Part shown: positions 10,985 through 25,384 of the stretch, piece after piece
Layout of the letters: each line of letters opens with the position of its first letter
Position numbering within the stretch: position 1 is the stretch's first letter
Assembly: GCF_001194135.2 (NCBI RefSeq)
Contig: NC_068992.1
Span: 30,161,816-30,225,815, forward strand
DNA length: 64,000 bases
Direction: 5' to 3'
DNA from: Octopus bimaculoides
Taxonomy: Eukaryota
The notes under the pieces: generated by a model
The model's input: the letters and a program-made list of their open reading frames with translations, nothing else
The model's database searches: none
What the model was told of the DNA's origin: nothing
Program-made: the position numbers and the translations under genes

Positions 10985-12850
10985 GCGTAAATACCAGATT
11001 CTTGCATTCTCTCCATGTCTTGTAATTCAGACCCTTTCATTGTTCCAGCAGAAAGAATGGAAAAGGCGTTGCGATGGATGATGGTAACGGAGATGTGCTG
11101 GTTCAGCTACGCTGATTTACTGAGTTAGCACTTGCGTACTACTATCTCCACCCCGATAGCAGAGAGCAGCCTCAACCATAAACCTTTCAGAAGGCGACGA
11201 TACTTTGACAATTTGTCGAACAGCGAAGCCATAGCTGATAGATGAATAGACCTAGCTGCCGGTGGAGAAGGTCTCGCAAAGTGTGACATCACAAGTGAGG
11301 TGATTACCGACACGGAACGAGAGTATTATCATACTGTCAGGCATCTTACCATCCCCTCAGTCTAGCCATGCTGCCTCGAACTGCGGTGTACACGTCATGC
11401 CTTGTGATCTTGTTAAGGGTGGCATGATGTGAAAGGCACCCAGCACTATGATGACATGACAATCGGTGCATGCTGAAAGAAACCACATTGGATCCGCAAC
11501 GGTATTGGAGAGGCTTACACATCTGAAGGCCACACTTTGGGAGACGCTAATGCACAAACAGTCGCTATCAAGGTGAGTGCCAGTGGCAAGTGATGGCACT
11601 GCATAAGGTTCTGAAGCTGACAGAAAACATGTCATACGGCTGTAGTAAAATCGCAGCAATAACTCATCTGAAATCATGCAACACTGGATAGAGTTTCGTA
11701 TTTTTTCTAGAGGACCGGATGTCTACAGAAGCGAGAAGTGAGCAGGGCGCAGGCCGAGATGGCTTCACTCGCGTAGGTCACTTTGCGCTTCCTGAACACA
11801 CTACGTTCATTTGTGTTGTGAAGAACCCAGTTAATGAAGACACAAGAAGTTATAGATGAGAGAATAGCAGGCAGAGCCAGTGGGGCCGGATATCTATGGC
11901 CAAGGTCGCCATATTTCACAAGTGTACTGGCAATCCAGTATCGTCGAAGCGAACCCTGAAAATCCTTTCGGAGGTCCGTTGGATATAGGCGTTGTGTTAT
12001 GTGAGGGGAGATACCAAGTTGAAGCCCTATTTCAAGAAATACACCGGGATGAATTCTCCTGCACCTGGTGAAGTAGTAAACCCACGTATGAGAATGAGGC
12101 TGTGAAGCCTTTTGCGTCGTCATTAAGATTCACGACCTCCGACTTGGAGGAATTAATGTTGAGGCCGATCTTCGCTAGAGCGGAAAACCCTGATCGGAAA
12201 TCATGGCAGACAATCTAACGGCGGACCTATTGTTTTCCATGTCAAGCTCCACAATGAGATACTTAGAATCGCTCGATATCTGCTTCAGGGTAGAAAACTG
12301 GGAACGCACGAAAGAGAGGAGTGCAGCATATTCGGACACTCTAAGTATTGGTGTCTGCCCGAAGTACGATATTTTGGCCTTACCTTGGACAGGCCATCTC
12401 TATCGGCGATGGTTTGGGGATGACCAAGGGATCTTAAGAGGGATTTTATGAAGCCTTCCGATCCGGGTAATGTGGACGAGTGTGGGCTGGGCGTCAGGCA
12501 GGCATGCCGTCTCATCTGAGAGTATAGTTAATGGCCGCTGCCGCGCTGCTGAGAGATTTTATGAGCTGCTGCATCTCCACATTAAGAGTGCTTTCAAGGG
12601 ACGACGAGTCAAGCCGACTCACGAGAGATGATAGAAACAACCACATCCTGGAAAGTTGTTGCCTCTCTTCAAGTTGTTGGTTATAGCATACGTGCTGCAG
12701 GTAGTTCGTTGTATGCATAAGAGTAGGACGTACAGTCAGGAGTGGAGCAGCGAATGACATGAGGGCATCGGCGCCCTCATGTGTGGGGAGTAACTGATTG
12801 GCATCCCGAAAGGTAGATGAGAGACCGGGGCTGAAATACAATCAGGTAAT
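10985..12850 (-). mobile_element. Decayed CRE-clade-like non-LTR retrotransposon (RT remnants plus RLE)
   Basis: Minus-strand remnants YLIVELDMENN (RT; ~12228-12265), LAKIGLNINSSKSEVV (12130-12180), GTHLDSDCLCISV, YRCGSNVVSFSMHRLSCHHSAGCLSHHATLN (CCHC), GDGKMPDSM...CDVTLCETF (PD..D nuclease) and QHISVTIIHRNAFSIL. Higher GC than the flanks. Confidence 0.75.
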
Positions 12851-14454
12851 GGCTGCTGGATTGGAGAGGACGAGGATCGAAACAGTACGGAAATCTGAGC
12901 AAAGGGGAAAAATAAAAAAAGGAGAAAAGTGTTAAGAAAGGGGAAGTAAAAAGTAAAACGTAAGACAGGAGAAAAAAAGAAATGTGTGAAGAGGAAAAAG
13001 AAACAAATAGAAGCTTAATGAAGGAGTTCATGAAATATGCACCAATTTGAAAAATAAAACCAATCGATACTTATTGAAATACAGGTATTATTTTGTAATT
13101 GCAAGTAACCGGAAAACCAAAAGTAAGCAACTAATTCCGTTTCACACTCTAAATCCCGGAGGAAGACATTTGCACCACATATTCTTACTGTTATCACCTG
13201 TAAAGTTGAAGCCTTCTTTGAAGATACAGATTTATAAAGTTAGTTTTACAGAACGCCTAGACTTTACTTAGAATAAATTTGCAACATTTCACTGAGGTTC
13301 ATTTTGAGGTTTTTATATACTATCTTAGATTAAATAACTTATTTAAGAGAAAAGATATATATGTGTGTATATATAAATATTCAGAGAATGTTAACAAAAT
13401 AAGGAGGTGCGTAACGTGATGTTAAGTAATATGTTCAAAAAGATATGTTTATATAGAAGTACAAACAAAGGGAAAGAACGGAAAATACACGCATAGAATG
13501 TCGCTAAATCCACTTCAGTTATCGTCCACACGATCGCAACAATTTCATGCTTTTAACAATAATATTGTCCCCATTTAGTGATGTCAGCGCCGAGATCCCA
13601 CCAATGGGGAACGATATATATAATATATAATGTAAATACATACATAGGATGCATACTTAAATGTTTCAAATAAAATCAGATAAATAATTCTCAAGCACAA
13701 AAAAAAAAAAAATCGTAATAATGCGTTATTTATTTAAAATTGTGTCAGAAAATTAAAGCATGTAAACTTTCATTCTGACGAAATTTCTATTTTATAAATA
13801 AACAGGAATTCGTCATAAACTCATACAAAATCAACAAAGAAAAGTATATAAACAATATACAGCTTATTAGTAAGCTGAACGTATACAAATACGCAGTCGC
13901 TAATGTTATTGGTTCAAATCACAACCTTAAAGCATCGGACGTGCAAAGAAGTGAAGTAGTACGGCTCAATGTGTATTGTTTTGTAAAGAAACAAACAACA
14001 GAAAAAATATTTGAAAAGAAGTGTTATCAGGATATCAGCATAGCTTGTTTGATATCAAGATTAAATAGCATGACATTTAAAGAGTTGAATACAGCATTGT
14101 GTAAGTCAAACTATATTACACAGATATGGAAAATGCGAACGTATGACTCGCAGAATCGAACTGACCTCTTTGTTATCAGTGATATAGCTTGACATTTTTA
14201 AAAGTATAATATATTCTACTTCATTGGGGGAAAGCGTAATTGATTGTCACTTAGATTGAAACGAAAGAAATCAATAGCAGTCACGGCTGACAACTTTCAG
14301 TAAACATCCACGGGTTGTTGATAAAAGTTACATTGAATGATTAAGCAATGTTACTCCCAGTGGGATCATACATTTAACAAAAGAATATTTATGAATATCT
14401 GTAAATGTATCAGCTTAATTTTTCACTCTTTCACACTGTACACGCATGCACACA

Positions 14455-14459
<5 letters not shown>

Positions 14460-14516
<57 letters not shown>

Positions 14517-14560
14517 TACACACACATACACACACACATACACACACACACACACACACA
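14460..14560. repeat. (CT)n(CA)n microsatellite
   Basis: Read directly from the sequence. Confidence 0.95.
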
Positions 14561-16369
14561 GAGGAGAGAAGTATGAATTTACATATTCATATGTTTATTG
14601 TATTTATTCGAGTGATGTTTCAATTTGAGCGTATTGAATGACAACTCTCTACGGAAGAAAAAAATATTATATTATATAGGTTGTGTGACAATGCTAGCGA
14701 CCTACACACCTTAGATCAACGGTATAAATTCTTCCACTTTAACTCCGTATATGTTCTGCGTGTCTAATGACACCAATGTATTTAGAGGTGAATAAGAAAG
14801 TATAAACTTATAAGCTTCCAATTGAAGACCGATATTATTGTTGTGGTTGATTTTGTCGAGTCAGCCGTTGTTATAAAAATCCATATCTAAAATTTTCTAG
14901 ATTAACCAATATGTAGTTTTGTATATCTTTATCTAAATTGTCGTGAAGATTTCTTTACTTAGATGGTAGAATGCTATGTAAACGCGGGATCACGATTATT
15001 TATAGCATGTCAAGTGGCCGCCTAGATGCTGTAATTTGATTAAAGTTATATATGGGCTGAATTCAGAAACCATTCTGTATAACTGTACAGAACTGTTGAT
15101 ATTTCCCTTTTAGCATATTAAAATTTGTCTCATGCGTTGATTTATAATTTTATACGGAGAGTCTAACAAGGTTGAGAAGTAAAAGTTGAGTTCATATTTA
15201 TCTTAGTAATGCTACATGAATATCATTTATTCATGCAAATCATCTCAGCGTCTATTCTATGTGTCGAAACCTCTCTTTCGTGATACATGTTATTCATTTA
15301 AGGAAGACGATTTTGGAATACGATATTGAAGCAGATGAATCTGGGATTCTCTTTAAGTTAAATGCAAAAGGAAAGTGCAATTTAATTCTCTGGAATTAAT
15401 TATCTATGATAGTTGCATTAAATAGATCGTGCTTATTTTCTTTAGCAAGTTCATTTCCCCAATTTCTTCCAAGTGAACATCCGATTATTCCTAATAGTAA
15501 TATATTGTACATATGTTCAACGTGTGTTGCCTTCTAGCCATACACAAACACAAAACATGCAACACAACACACAATATTTCTGCATTTTGTTTCACGAAAT
15601 AATTTAATGTTATGAAAGTTTATATATATGTAATTATTCGACAAATATAATATATTATGTATTTCCAGATTTAAAGGAAACACAAAACTGGGTTTTCTTT
15701 TCCTTTCGACATTTCCCACCATGTTGTTTGTTTACAGAACATTAACTGTATTAATTCCTTTTTTTTTTTTTTGCAATTATATCATATTCAAGCCAACAAT
15801 AGTTGGCTTCCATTTCTATTTTAAAAACCAAATAAGATTTGGCCGGATTAGTGTGGAATAACATCTAAATGCAATTAGAAGATTATATTATACATCAAGC
15901 TACATCCATTTAATTCTTAGAGCAAGTTGAAATACATAGTTCTAAACTTTTAAATTGGTTATGTGAATGACAATTTCGAAACACCTATCAAAATACTTTT
16001 GAGATGGAAGGATAAACATTATGAATAGGTATTACGATCTAGGCTTTGATACATATAAATCAAGAGATTGTGCTGAATATCTGAATGACGCAGATGTCAG
16101 ATTTTGTATTGAAGGAGCGAAACTTTATAGCATCGCACTAAATCCGTTTCAGATATACTTAAAATTCTTAGAACATCTCATTCCACATTCAGAACATGTG
16201 CATGTCTAAGTCTCTATATTAACTCTTTGTATATCCCTATCTTTCTCACATGCTATGAACTATGTAACAGAAAACCTTTTTTTTTGAGGACATGGCATCA
16301 GGTGGCATTCCTTTTCAAAAGGCGAATGGATGTTGTGTGAAAGGTATTTAATATTTTCATTAGTTTTTA

Positions 16370-16500
16370 AGGCCACGAGTTGTCAGATTATTTACCGTGC
16401 TTGGCAAAATGCTAACTTTAAATTCTGAGTTCAAATTAGGCCGAGGTCGAGTTAATGAAGTAAGTACCAGTGTCCGCGTGATAAACTTCTTCCCTTGTCC
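16370..16500 (+). mobile_element. SINE family B copy (decayed)
   Basis: ttctgagttcaaattaggccgaggtcgag...taagtaccagt. Confidence 0.6.
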
Positions 16501-18437
16501 AAACCAATATTTTCGTTGGTTTTAGTGAGCATACATATTGTTCAAAGGTATACTATATCGGATTACCGGACGACACAATGATGGTTGGCCTATCATTGTC
16601 CCTGTTTGTGTGATCAGTAGGATCTGAGGCAAGACAGTATGAATACAAAACGATTGAAGCGGGTATAAACACTAAACCATTTGCGAGAGCTTCACTCCCT
16701 ATCTCTTACAAATTTCACAAATGACTGAAGAGCTCGGTAAAAAAAAAAAACAACTTGCATTGCGCAAGAAATATAATAAAAGTTTGTGACGATGTCACAT
16801 CTGCGAAGATGGATGATTATGTAACTGGAAAAGAGCTGAATAATGTTTTTATTTCTATACGTTAATGAACACAATATTTATGATCATGGCGTTACATATT
16901 ACACTGTCGTGATAACATTAATGACCACATTGAGATTCCAGTGAATCACGCTTCTAACGTGGTTTGGTTCCTTAGTTTAATAAATTTCACTTCAGTTATA
17001 CTTGAAATGTCAATAGAAAAGGCAGCAATGTCGTACATGCGATTTTCTCTCTCCTAATACAATAGAACATTTGTACATAGAACAGATACTACTATTCACT
17101 TCATACAGATTTATCTTAATCTCATAAAAACAAATAATACTTTTCCAAAGGTTTCTTATCACATTTATGCAAATCAATAAAATATTTATCAATGGTAGAA
17201 ATTTATCTAATAATCTCAAAGGTCGCAGAGCGTTTTTTTTTTTTGCTGCATCCGTTTAAACAAGGTAAATGGGGTAAGTTGAATGAAGATGTTGGTATTT
17301 AGATATATACACAATAATACTATGATCATGTGCATTGCAATAGATGATATACATCACGGTTAGAATTTAACCAATATATTACTAGGAAATCGATAAATGA
17401 AATAGATTCCAAATAATATTGTTTAATTCTCATCACTGAATTGAAACAGTATCTATTGTTGTTTGATACAACAAGCGGGAATCTTAACAGATTCTCAACA
17501 CATATGAAACTAAAAGAATAAGACCAAAATGGATAGAAAACAGAAAACGATTAAAAATGCACCTTCAATTACAAAAAGAATGACCGAAGTACAAATCCTG
17601 CAAAGTATTTTTAAATCGCATATTTCAGACGCTCAAAGCTGAGTGATAATAACACTATAATACATCTCTGTCTATCTTTCAGCACCGAAAAAACCGTAAA
17701 ATATGACTGGTGCGCAAATGATTTATCCAAGAATTTGTTTACAATACAAGCTGAACGAAGTAATTTAATTAAATACAGTTTGTATAAGTGTACACAACTT
17801 GTGCATACACACAGACACAGACACACACACACGCGCGCATGCTCGCACACATGCACACAAAACACAACAGACGTACACAAACAGGTATATATTTTTAGTG
17901 ATATGTTGTATCAGTACACAAAATACTTCTTAAAATTAAATTAAAGATTTGTCTAAATATATACAGGTAAAAACAACCATAATCTGTATATTATAAGTTT
18001 AGTTTTTTCCTATGTTAACACTCCTACAAAAACCGCAATATACATTTAACAAAATATGTAAGATATATTGTTTTGGTAAAAACAGGATCATTTGAATGTA
18101 AGATGAGCGGTGCCATTATTCACTGTTCCTTCAAATGTTTTCAAGAGAATTCACATTTAGACAATGACGGAAATAGTTGACGCTGAAATAAGAGTTAAGC
18201 GAACAGATCTCCATAGAAACAGACTCTGAACGAAACTGGCAGCACTTATTGCAGTGAACCAGTTACTTGACTAGAACTCACTCTTACACTATCTAGTTTA
18301 CGTTTCCAGCAACGTTATCCGTTAAACAGAAAACGAGAAGGAATGACTTGCAGATTTATTAATGGTAGTCATATATTAAATGCTTCGAATTGAATACAGG
18401 AGTGAAACATGCGTGTATTTTACCTCCTTTCCGTTAG

Positions 18438-18462
18438 CCCCAGTGTTAGTGTGGATGCTGAA
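18438..18462 (+). CDS. Candidate 25-nt micro-exon (PSVSVDAE)
   Basis: Acceptor ttttacctcctttccgttag and donor GAA|gtaagc. Phase 2 to phase 0, matching both neighbouring candidate exons. Confidence 0.5.
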
Positions 18463-18549
18463 GTAAGCAACATGATAGGAATGGCAAACACTATATCACT
18501 CTCGTGGGTGAAGAAGACTAAACATTTACAGAATAGTAAATCTAAGAAA

Positions 18550-19170
18550 ACATAGTGATGCTGCTGACAAAACAAAACTCCTCAAAAAGAACGTGAATTG
18601 CGAGAACAGGTAGACATGGGAAGCAGTATCAGTAAGTCTATGGAATTGCTACAGATGTAAAGTTTATTATTGGTGGTTGTGGTGTTACTGATCAAATTCT
18701 TTGTTGCTCAGGTACATATGGAATTCCCAACTTCTAACACAGAAACTAAATTGATCCAACACACAGAGACTAGTTTGATCATATCACACGTTAATATAGT
18801 CCTAGATAATATAGACGGAATTAAAGTGCAATTCTTCAGAGTAAACTGCCTTTGGGAAAACCTCTGCATTCACTCTCCAAAGGAGATTAACGACCTGGAT
18901 CATGTACAAAAATACCGCAAAGTACCGGCTACATTAATGATGAGGAGTAGGTTGCGATATATTGGATACAGGCAACTCAGAAGATTTACGAGCGCTACTG
19001 GATAACCCCTTACCTGGAATACCGAACAGAAATGGTGATGCTAGGAGTCAATAATTAAGTGACACAGGCTATAATCAAATAACAAGATACCAAACATGAA
19101 ATAACCAACGAACATGGTTCTCAATACATGTGAAGATGGAGATGTGTACATGGGTGAGAATCATTTCATT
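18550..19170 (+). mobile_element. Highly decayed RTE-like LINE ORF2 3' remnant
   Basis: Weak similarity of ...VQFFRVNCLWENLCIHSPKEI...LMMRSRLRYIGY... to the RTE C-terminal 'CLR.IL.I.W....N......I...RLRW.GH' pattern. Confidence 0.35.
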
Positions 19171-19388
19171 ATTGCTAGTTAGATCATTTAAAAGAACTTA
19201 ATGTATTATATATCTCAACATTTCTATACTGACAGTGATCCCTTTAAATAATGTAAGTGACTTTAGCGATTACCGTTATCTTGCTCTTAAATTGTCGAAG
19301 CTGTAGTGACCAGTTCTAGCTATCATTAGTCAAATTCGCATTAAGGCTGCCGGATTCCACAACAAAAATATTTGTCCTGTCATTTCAG

Positions 19389-19450
19389 ATACTTGAATTA
19401 AAATTCCAGTACGGAGTAGGCAGTGAATTTTATTATTCCTGCAATAAACG
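19389..19450 (+). CDS. Candidate 62-nt exon (ILELKFQYGVGSEFYYSCNKR), Sushi/CCP-like Y-x-x-G-S...Y-x-C segment
   Basis: Acceptor tttgtcctgtcatttcag and donor CG|gtaagc. Only frame 0 is open. The joined peptide CDKIPSVSVDAEILELKFQYGVGSEFYYSCNKR has 28 residues between the two Cys, as in CCP C1-C2. Confidence 0.55.
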
Positions 19451-19804
19451 GTAAGCATCACTTGTCGAATCGAATTGTTTATAGTTGGTCTCTTCCAAAG
19501 AGAGTATTTAAACATGTCGATATTTTTAAAGACAACGAAACAATGTAGAACTAATAATATATTTCTAGGATTAGACTTACACCTGCCTCTTTTAAACGGT
19601 CGATATTTTTGCTTCATTATTCCGAAACTATATTTAATTCCTTAGGAAATATTTTATTTCTTAAATGGATTTGTAACTCACGTTATTGCCACTAATGTTG
19701 ACAGATATGTTTGACTGGTAAACACGGCTCAAACGTATTTATCATCAGAAAGCACTCCAGATTAGAACCGCGTTTCTTTTTAATTTGCTATTTAGGTGTT
19801 TATC

Positions 19805-19805
19805 G

Positions 19806-19870
<65 letters not shown>

Positions 19871-19882
19871 CATATATAACTA

Positions 19883-19913
<31 letters not shown>

Positions 19914-19935
19914 GTCTATGTATATGTGTCTGTCT
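19805..19935. repeat. (TCTA)n(TCTG)n microsatellite
   Basis: Read directly from the sequence. Confidence 0.95.
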
Positions 19936-20498
19936 GTGTATATATAAATAATCAGAGAATGGGGAAAACCTCAGATCCACAAGCACGTCATGTGGACCAC
20001 ATTTATAGCTTATTATTTAATACAAAACATAGCATGGCATTTATGTGACATAACAAATTTTACGGTGATTTCCGCAGCCGGCGCCGATCAATGTTTACAA
20101 ATAATTGCGAAAATAAAATTCTACATCTTCATAGGACATTTGAATCTGGGTACGGTGCTTCATCAGAGTAAAACAAAAGTAACCAAGATAAAGAAAAGTA
20201 AGCAGGAATAGGAAAGAAAACATGGTCTAGAAAAGAAGTCTGGAAGTCCAAGATATTAAAAGCATATATGAAGCAACGATGTCCAATCGATGTGCTTCTT
20301 TCCTCGATTTTCTGATTGTTTATAATTGTTTCCTGATAAAGTTTTGTTTATTCTGCTGTTACCTTACTCTACGAGCATAGTGTGCCTGCATACACATGCC
20401 CAGAGATAACATGGATATCGATAGTATATATAGTGATAGTATATACGGATATTTAATCCCTTAGTCGGTTATTATAACAGCTAACTCTGCTTACATTT

Positions 20499-20499
<1 letters not shown>

Positions 20500-20571
<72 letters not shown>

Positions 20572-20622
20572 ACACACAAACACACACACACGCACACACA
20601 CACACACACACACGCACACACG
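20500..20622. repeat. (CA)n microsatellite
   Basis: Read directly from the sequence. Confidence 0.95.
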
Positions 20623-23600
20623 TATATATAACTTGTATGCTAGTTAAAATGTTTCTGATATATTTTAAATTCTAAAAGCAAATTCATTGCAGTCACCGTG
20701 GAGAAGAATACTCTCTCTTGTGGTAAAAAAATGTAAAAACATGTTATACTGACACTGCATCCCTGTAGCGGATTCCCAGATGCGTGTTTTTGATTCCTTA
20801 GTGTTTCCCAATGGGAAATACCGAAGAGAGATAACCCTAGGCAGCTTCAAAGTCGTAGCTGCGTATATGTATGTGTGTAGATCACGTTCAGTGTTTCCGT
20901 AACTCCGGATTTACTATAAAAAAACATTTTAGCGTGATATCCTTCACTTTGCATTGAAATTACAACAAAATATTTGATGTTCGAATTTTATAATTGATTA
21001 GCAGATTTAAAAGGCTTATAATTACTAACAAGTTCTACCGCAGCTTAGTTCTCGCGATATGTAGGCGTAATTCAAAGTTAATTTTAAAAGATAGAATGCC
21101 ATTCTGTCCAAGAGTATTACATTCTGCCTTCAGTAAAAGATTTACGAGAAGCTGTGAATTAAGACCACGTTAGAGAAGTATCAATAACTTCTTACACATA
21201 GTGGACGCATTCATGTTTTATAGAGTGTAGATGGTACTGTGTCTAAAGATATTGCAAATGGATACTGAGTCCGTATACTATTTATTTGATAATTTTTTTT
21301 TCAATATTTGGAACGGAAGATCCTGGTAGAAACAAATCATAGCATTTATATTTAAAATTCAGTGGCTAATTTCAAGTGGCTAATTTCAAGTATAAAATCG
21401 ACAGGATAGCAACTCCTTGAACATTACAAGAAAGGCTTTGGTCATATATATGTTCGATAAATGCAGACTTGGGACTAAGCAACATTAACAATAGCATATT
21501 ATTAATCTACTAGCATGAGTGTTGCGTGCCAGATAGCAAAGCAATCCTACCGTTTTTTTTTTAAAGAATCATTTAGTAATATAATACTACATACTCTGAT
21601 AAATATATGGGATATTCATTACTCTAAATCCTTTCGACATAGACCTGTTTTGTAGAAGCCATTTAGATTTCACCTATAACAAAAATTACAATACACTAAA
21701 TGCTATCATGTTCATCTCTATTTTAGAAAGAGGAAGCTCATTTTATATATTTTATTCGTGCGATAATAAGTAGGCTGGTAACAACTAAGATATTGTTTGA
21801 CAAGTCATATGGAAAAAACAATGTTGACCAAGGCATAAAAGTATGGGAATGAATACCTTAACAGCGGATGCAAATGGCCGGATTAACATTATCTGAAGCC
21901 TCACAAAATTGAAGTGACGCCTATTTTGAAGTAAATTGTAAATTATTTGCTGAAAATCATGTTCAGGTGAAAATGCAAAGCAAATTATGGCTAATGCTGA
22001 ACATCAATGCACATAGTAAAACGCTAAACTTAGTGACATTTGGGCCGACTCACCGTTTGAGATATCTATGGTTTACTCAGATATAATATAATGAGATATT
22101 TATTTTCTAAATCGGTAATTAGTTATTTTATATTACAGAGATGTAAATGTTTCCTAAAATTACAATATGTAAATAAGTGAATTCAAATAAAGTTTTAAAA
22201 AATACATATATAAAAAAAACTGAAACCACATGACTTATACAATCTTGATTACTTAGGATGTTTTCTCCATTGGCAATTCAAAGATAAAATGAGACATTTT
22301 CAAAGAATTCATATTACTTCATTTTATGTAAAATAATTCAGTCGAATTTATTTTCTCAAATATGGTTTTCATTGAAAATTATTTCCTATATTTTCTGCAT
22401 TGATTAAATTGATTTCAATTTCAATGTAAATGAAATTGTATATTAATGTTTACTATTAAGTTTAATGATTTCATACATGATTCAAATATAGTTCACTTAA
22501 TTCCGATAAATTGCAACAAAGATAAGGTAAAAAGAAATTAAACATACATTTAATTCCTGATAGTTTAAATATTTTATCATCAGTCTGATTGTAATGCGAT
22601 AATTTTGTATATTCAAATATGAAATTTAATCATATTGTATGTACATTGTTAAGTCTGCTTCAGCTGATTAGAGCCGAAAGAATTATCAAATAAATTATAC
22701 AAACAGAAGAAAAGGATAGCGAAACAAAATAACCGGAATACATCCGCTAATCTAAAAGTTTAATATTTCTTTGATTTTTAAAACGTTCTTAAAAATTCAA
22801 ATGTATTATGGTCGAAACCCATTAAGAGCCATGAGAACATAAGTGATTTTAATTAAACAATAATGAAAAAAAAAACATTTAATTATATCAGTAGTTACTA
22901 AAGTTTAATTCAATTATAAGAAAAGCTTATTTAAAGAAGGCAAGTGAAACTATATTCTTTGATTAAGTTTTAGCATTCACAATTTATTAGTGTGAAAGGG
23001 TTTAGTATTGGTGCTGTAGTCTACCATTATGAATACTTAGTGTTGTTATTGTAGACTACGGTCATGAATAATTGATAAGTTTGTTCAACACGACTAAATT
23101 GTCTACAGTATTTCACATATTCAGTTCATTCTTCACTGAGTCAGAAACGCTGAGCATATCAGAAGCTCTCTAAAAGTAACACGATAACAAGATTGAAATA
23201 TTGAAACCTATTCCGTCAGTGCTTTTTTTTTATGGTTAGATTAATGTTGCAATAATTTCAAATGCGATAAAAAGTGACGCACATAACTAATTTTTGAATG
23301 TTCCTTTGAGGTATACGCTAATTTTTGTCAGCTTTTATGTTTGGCGGATTAGCAATATTGCAAGAAGGTTGGAAATATTACACAGTAGTGGTTCTTTGAA
23401 ATGTTGCTCGTGCAGATTTTCATTTTCAAATCGTCTTCATTCGATAAAATAAGCACTCATCGACTTCTCTTGAATCCAAATTTTGCAGTAAAATGTTTAA
23501 CTTAGAAATCAATATTTGTAGCAACATAATTTACATACTTCAAAGCGTAGCAGAAGAAAGTTTGATGAGAACTCAGGTCTGGATTCCTGCTAACACATTG

Positions 23601-24623
23601 CGTTAAAATTTAATGACCATCGCAGTCGTTAGATAAACCATTTCGTGTATCAACAAACGTCACCAGGAAAAAATAAACCCAGGATCAGTAGATATACATG
23701 GCAAATAGTTCACTAAGTCGAACAAAGCAAAATGTCCCTACATTCAGGAATCTTAACACTTGCGAGTTATACGTAAAATCTATGGTGCGTTCATTTATGA
23801 ACGGTAATTTTCAATTGTATCTCACTTAAAGCTAACAATATTAACCAGCAAGTAATTCAAGTTCGTGATTAAATAATGCAGGTTTGGAAGCTGTGTGTGA
23901 ATACTTAATTTAATATGTAAGCTGCTGCTTTAGAACTGAACCAAATATCAACCTATCTATATAGTCGATGATGTGTGTAAAGCAGTTTACTGTGACGGAC
24001 TACTCGATTTTATAAGGTTTATTTCGAGAAGCATAAATAATTAATGACTTTTCAAATTTTCATCTGATCAGTATTAGAACAATTTAGGTGGTACAAAACC
24101 ATATGATTAGCTGAATGATTTTAAATGAACAACAGTGAGATGTTGACTTATAAAATAGAGGATTTTCCAGAACGTGTTGCTAGTATGAGGTCTTATGTCA
24201 CTGGAGCATTGTAAAAGTGTATACCTCATTTATGGCACACTCACGCACGCACGCATGCACACACATATACACACACTCACACAAACACACATACTCACAC
24301 AAGCACACACACACACACACACATAAGTATGTTTGTATGTATACAATTGACAGGGAACTGTGAAAAAGAAATATTCTGAATGCGGTCATGCATTTTGAAG
24401 GGATTCGCATTAAAGGAGAATGTACAAGGAAAATCCCCAGAAAATATTGATATTCAGTTGAAATATTAAATGGGTTACCTAGTTTGTATCTTTAAGGTAT
24501 TTTCATCATATTTTAATGATGGACACATGTAATAAAGCTAATTTTCGCCATCTTCTTGCCTCTTACAAATGCATATATATTCTAATTCTCTCTGTATATA
24601 TATATATATATACCTGTAAAGGC

Positions 24624-24659
<36 letters not shown>

Positions 24660-24716
24660 GTGGTGCACCAGCATGACCGCAGCCACTTGGCTGAAACACA
24701 TAAATANNNNNNNNNN

Positions 24717-24767
<51 letters not shown>

Positions 24768-25139
24768 GAAAGAAAGAGACACGGGCCATGGCGTTATATT
24801 CAAATTAATTTGGAAAAAATGTGGTAGAAATGACCGATATTGCGCTTGGATAAAGAGCTTCACTTGGAAACAAGTAAAGGATTGAAGGCCATATTCGTTA
24901 TTCACTCAAAGTTCATAATATATATGCAAGTGTTTATTCTTCATATCAAGGAAATTTATACTTTAAATATAGTAATGATGAATGTAGGAATGATATCTTA
25001 GCCAAACACAATTACAGGAATGATAAAACCTAAAACAGCCTAATTTAAAAATAAAAAGATAAACCCTAACCATAACCATGTTTATAGTATAGATACACTA
25101 ACACACACAACGTATACCTCTCGAATGCGTGTGTATTTG

Positions 25140-25345
25140 AGCGTGGCCATTGCCAGTACCGTCGGACTGGCCTTCGTGCCGGAGGCACGTAAAAAACACT
25201 CACTACATCCTGGGAGTAGTTGGTGTTAGGAAGGGAATCCAGCTGTAGAAACTCGGCCAGATCAGATTGGAGTCTGGTGTAGCCATCTGGTTCGCTAGTC
25301 CCCAGTCAAATCGTCCAACCCATGCTAACATGGAAAGCGGACGTA

Positions 25346-25348
<3 letters not shown>
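25140..25348 (+). mobile_element. SINE family C (3' part)
   Basis: gttggtgttaggaagggaatccagctgtagaaac...ccaacccatgctaacatggaaagcggacg. GC-rich island ending at (AT)n; recognised from memory as a cephalopod SINE tail. Confidence 0.55.

Positions 25349-25384
<36 letters not shown>

Noticed and set aside
13145-13198. Minus-strand terminal exon GDNSKNMWCKCLPPGFRV*
   Set aside because: The acceptor is plausible, but there is no canonical poly(A) signal, no linked upstream exon and no recognisable homology.
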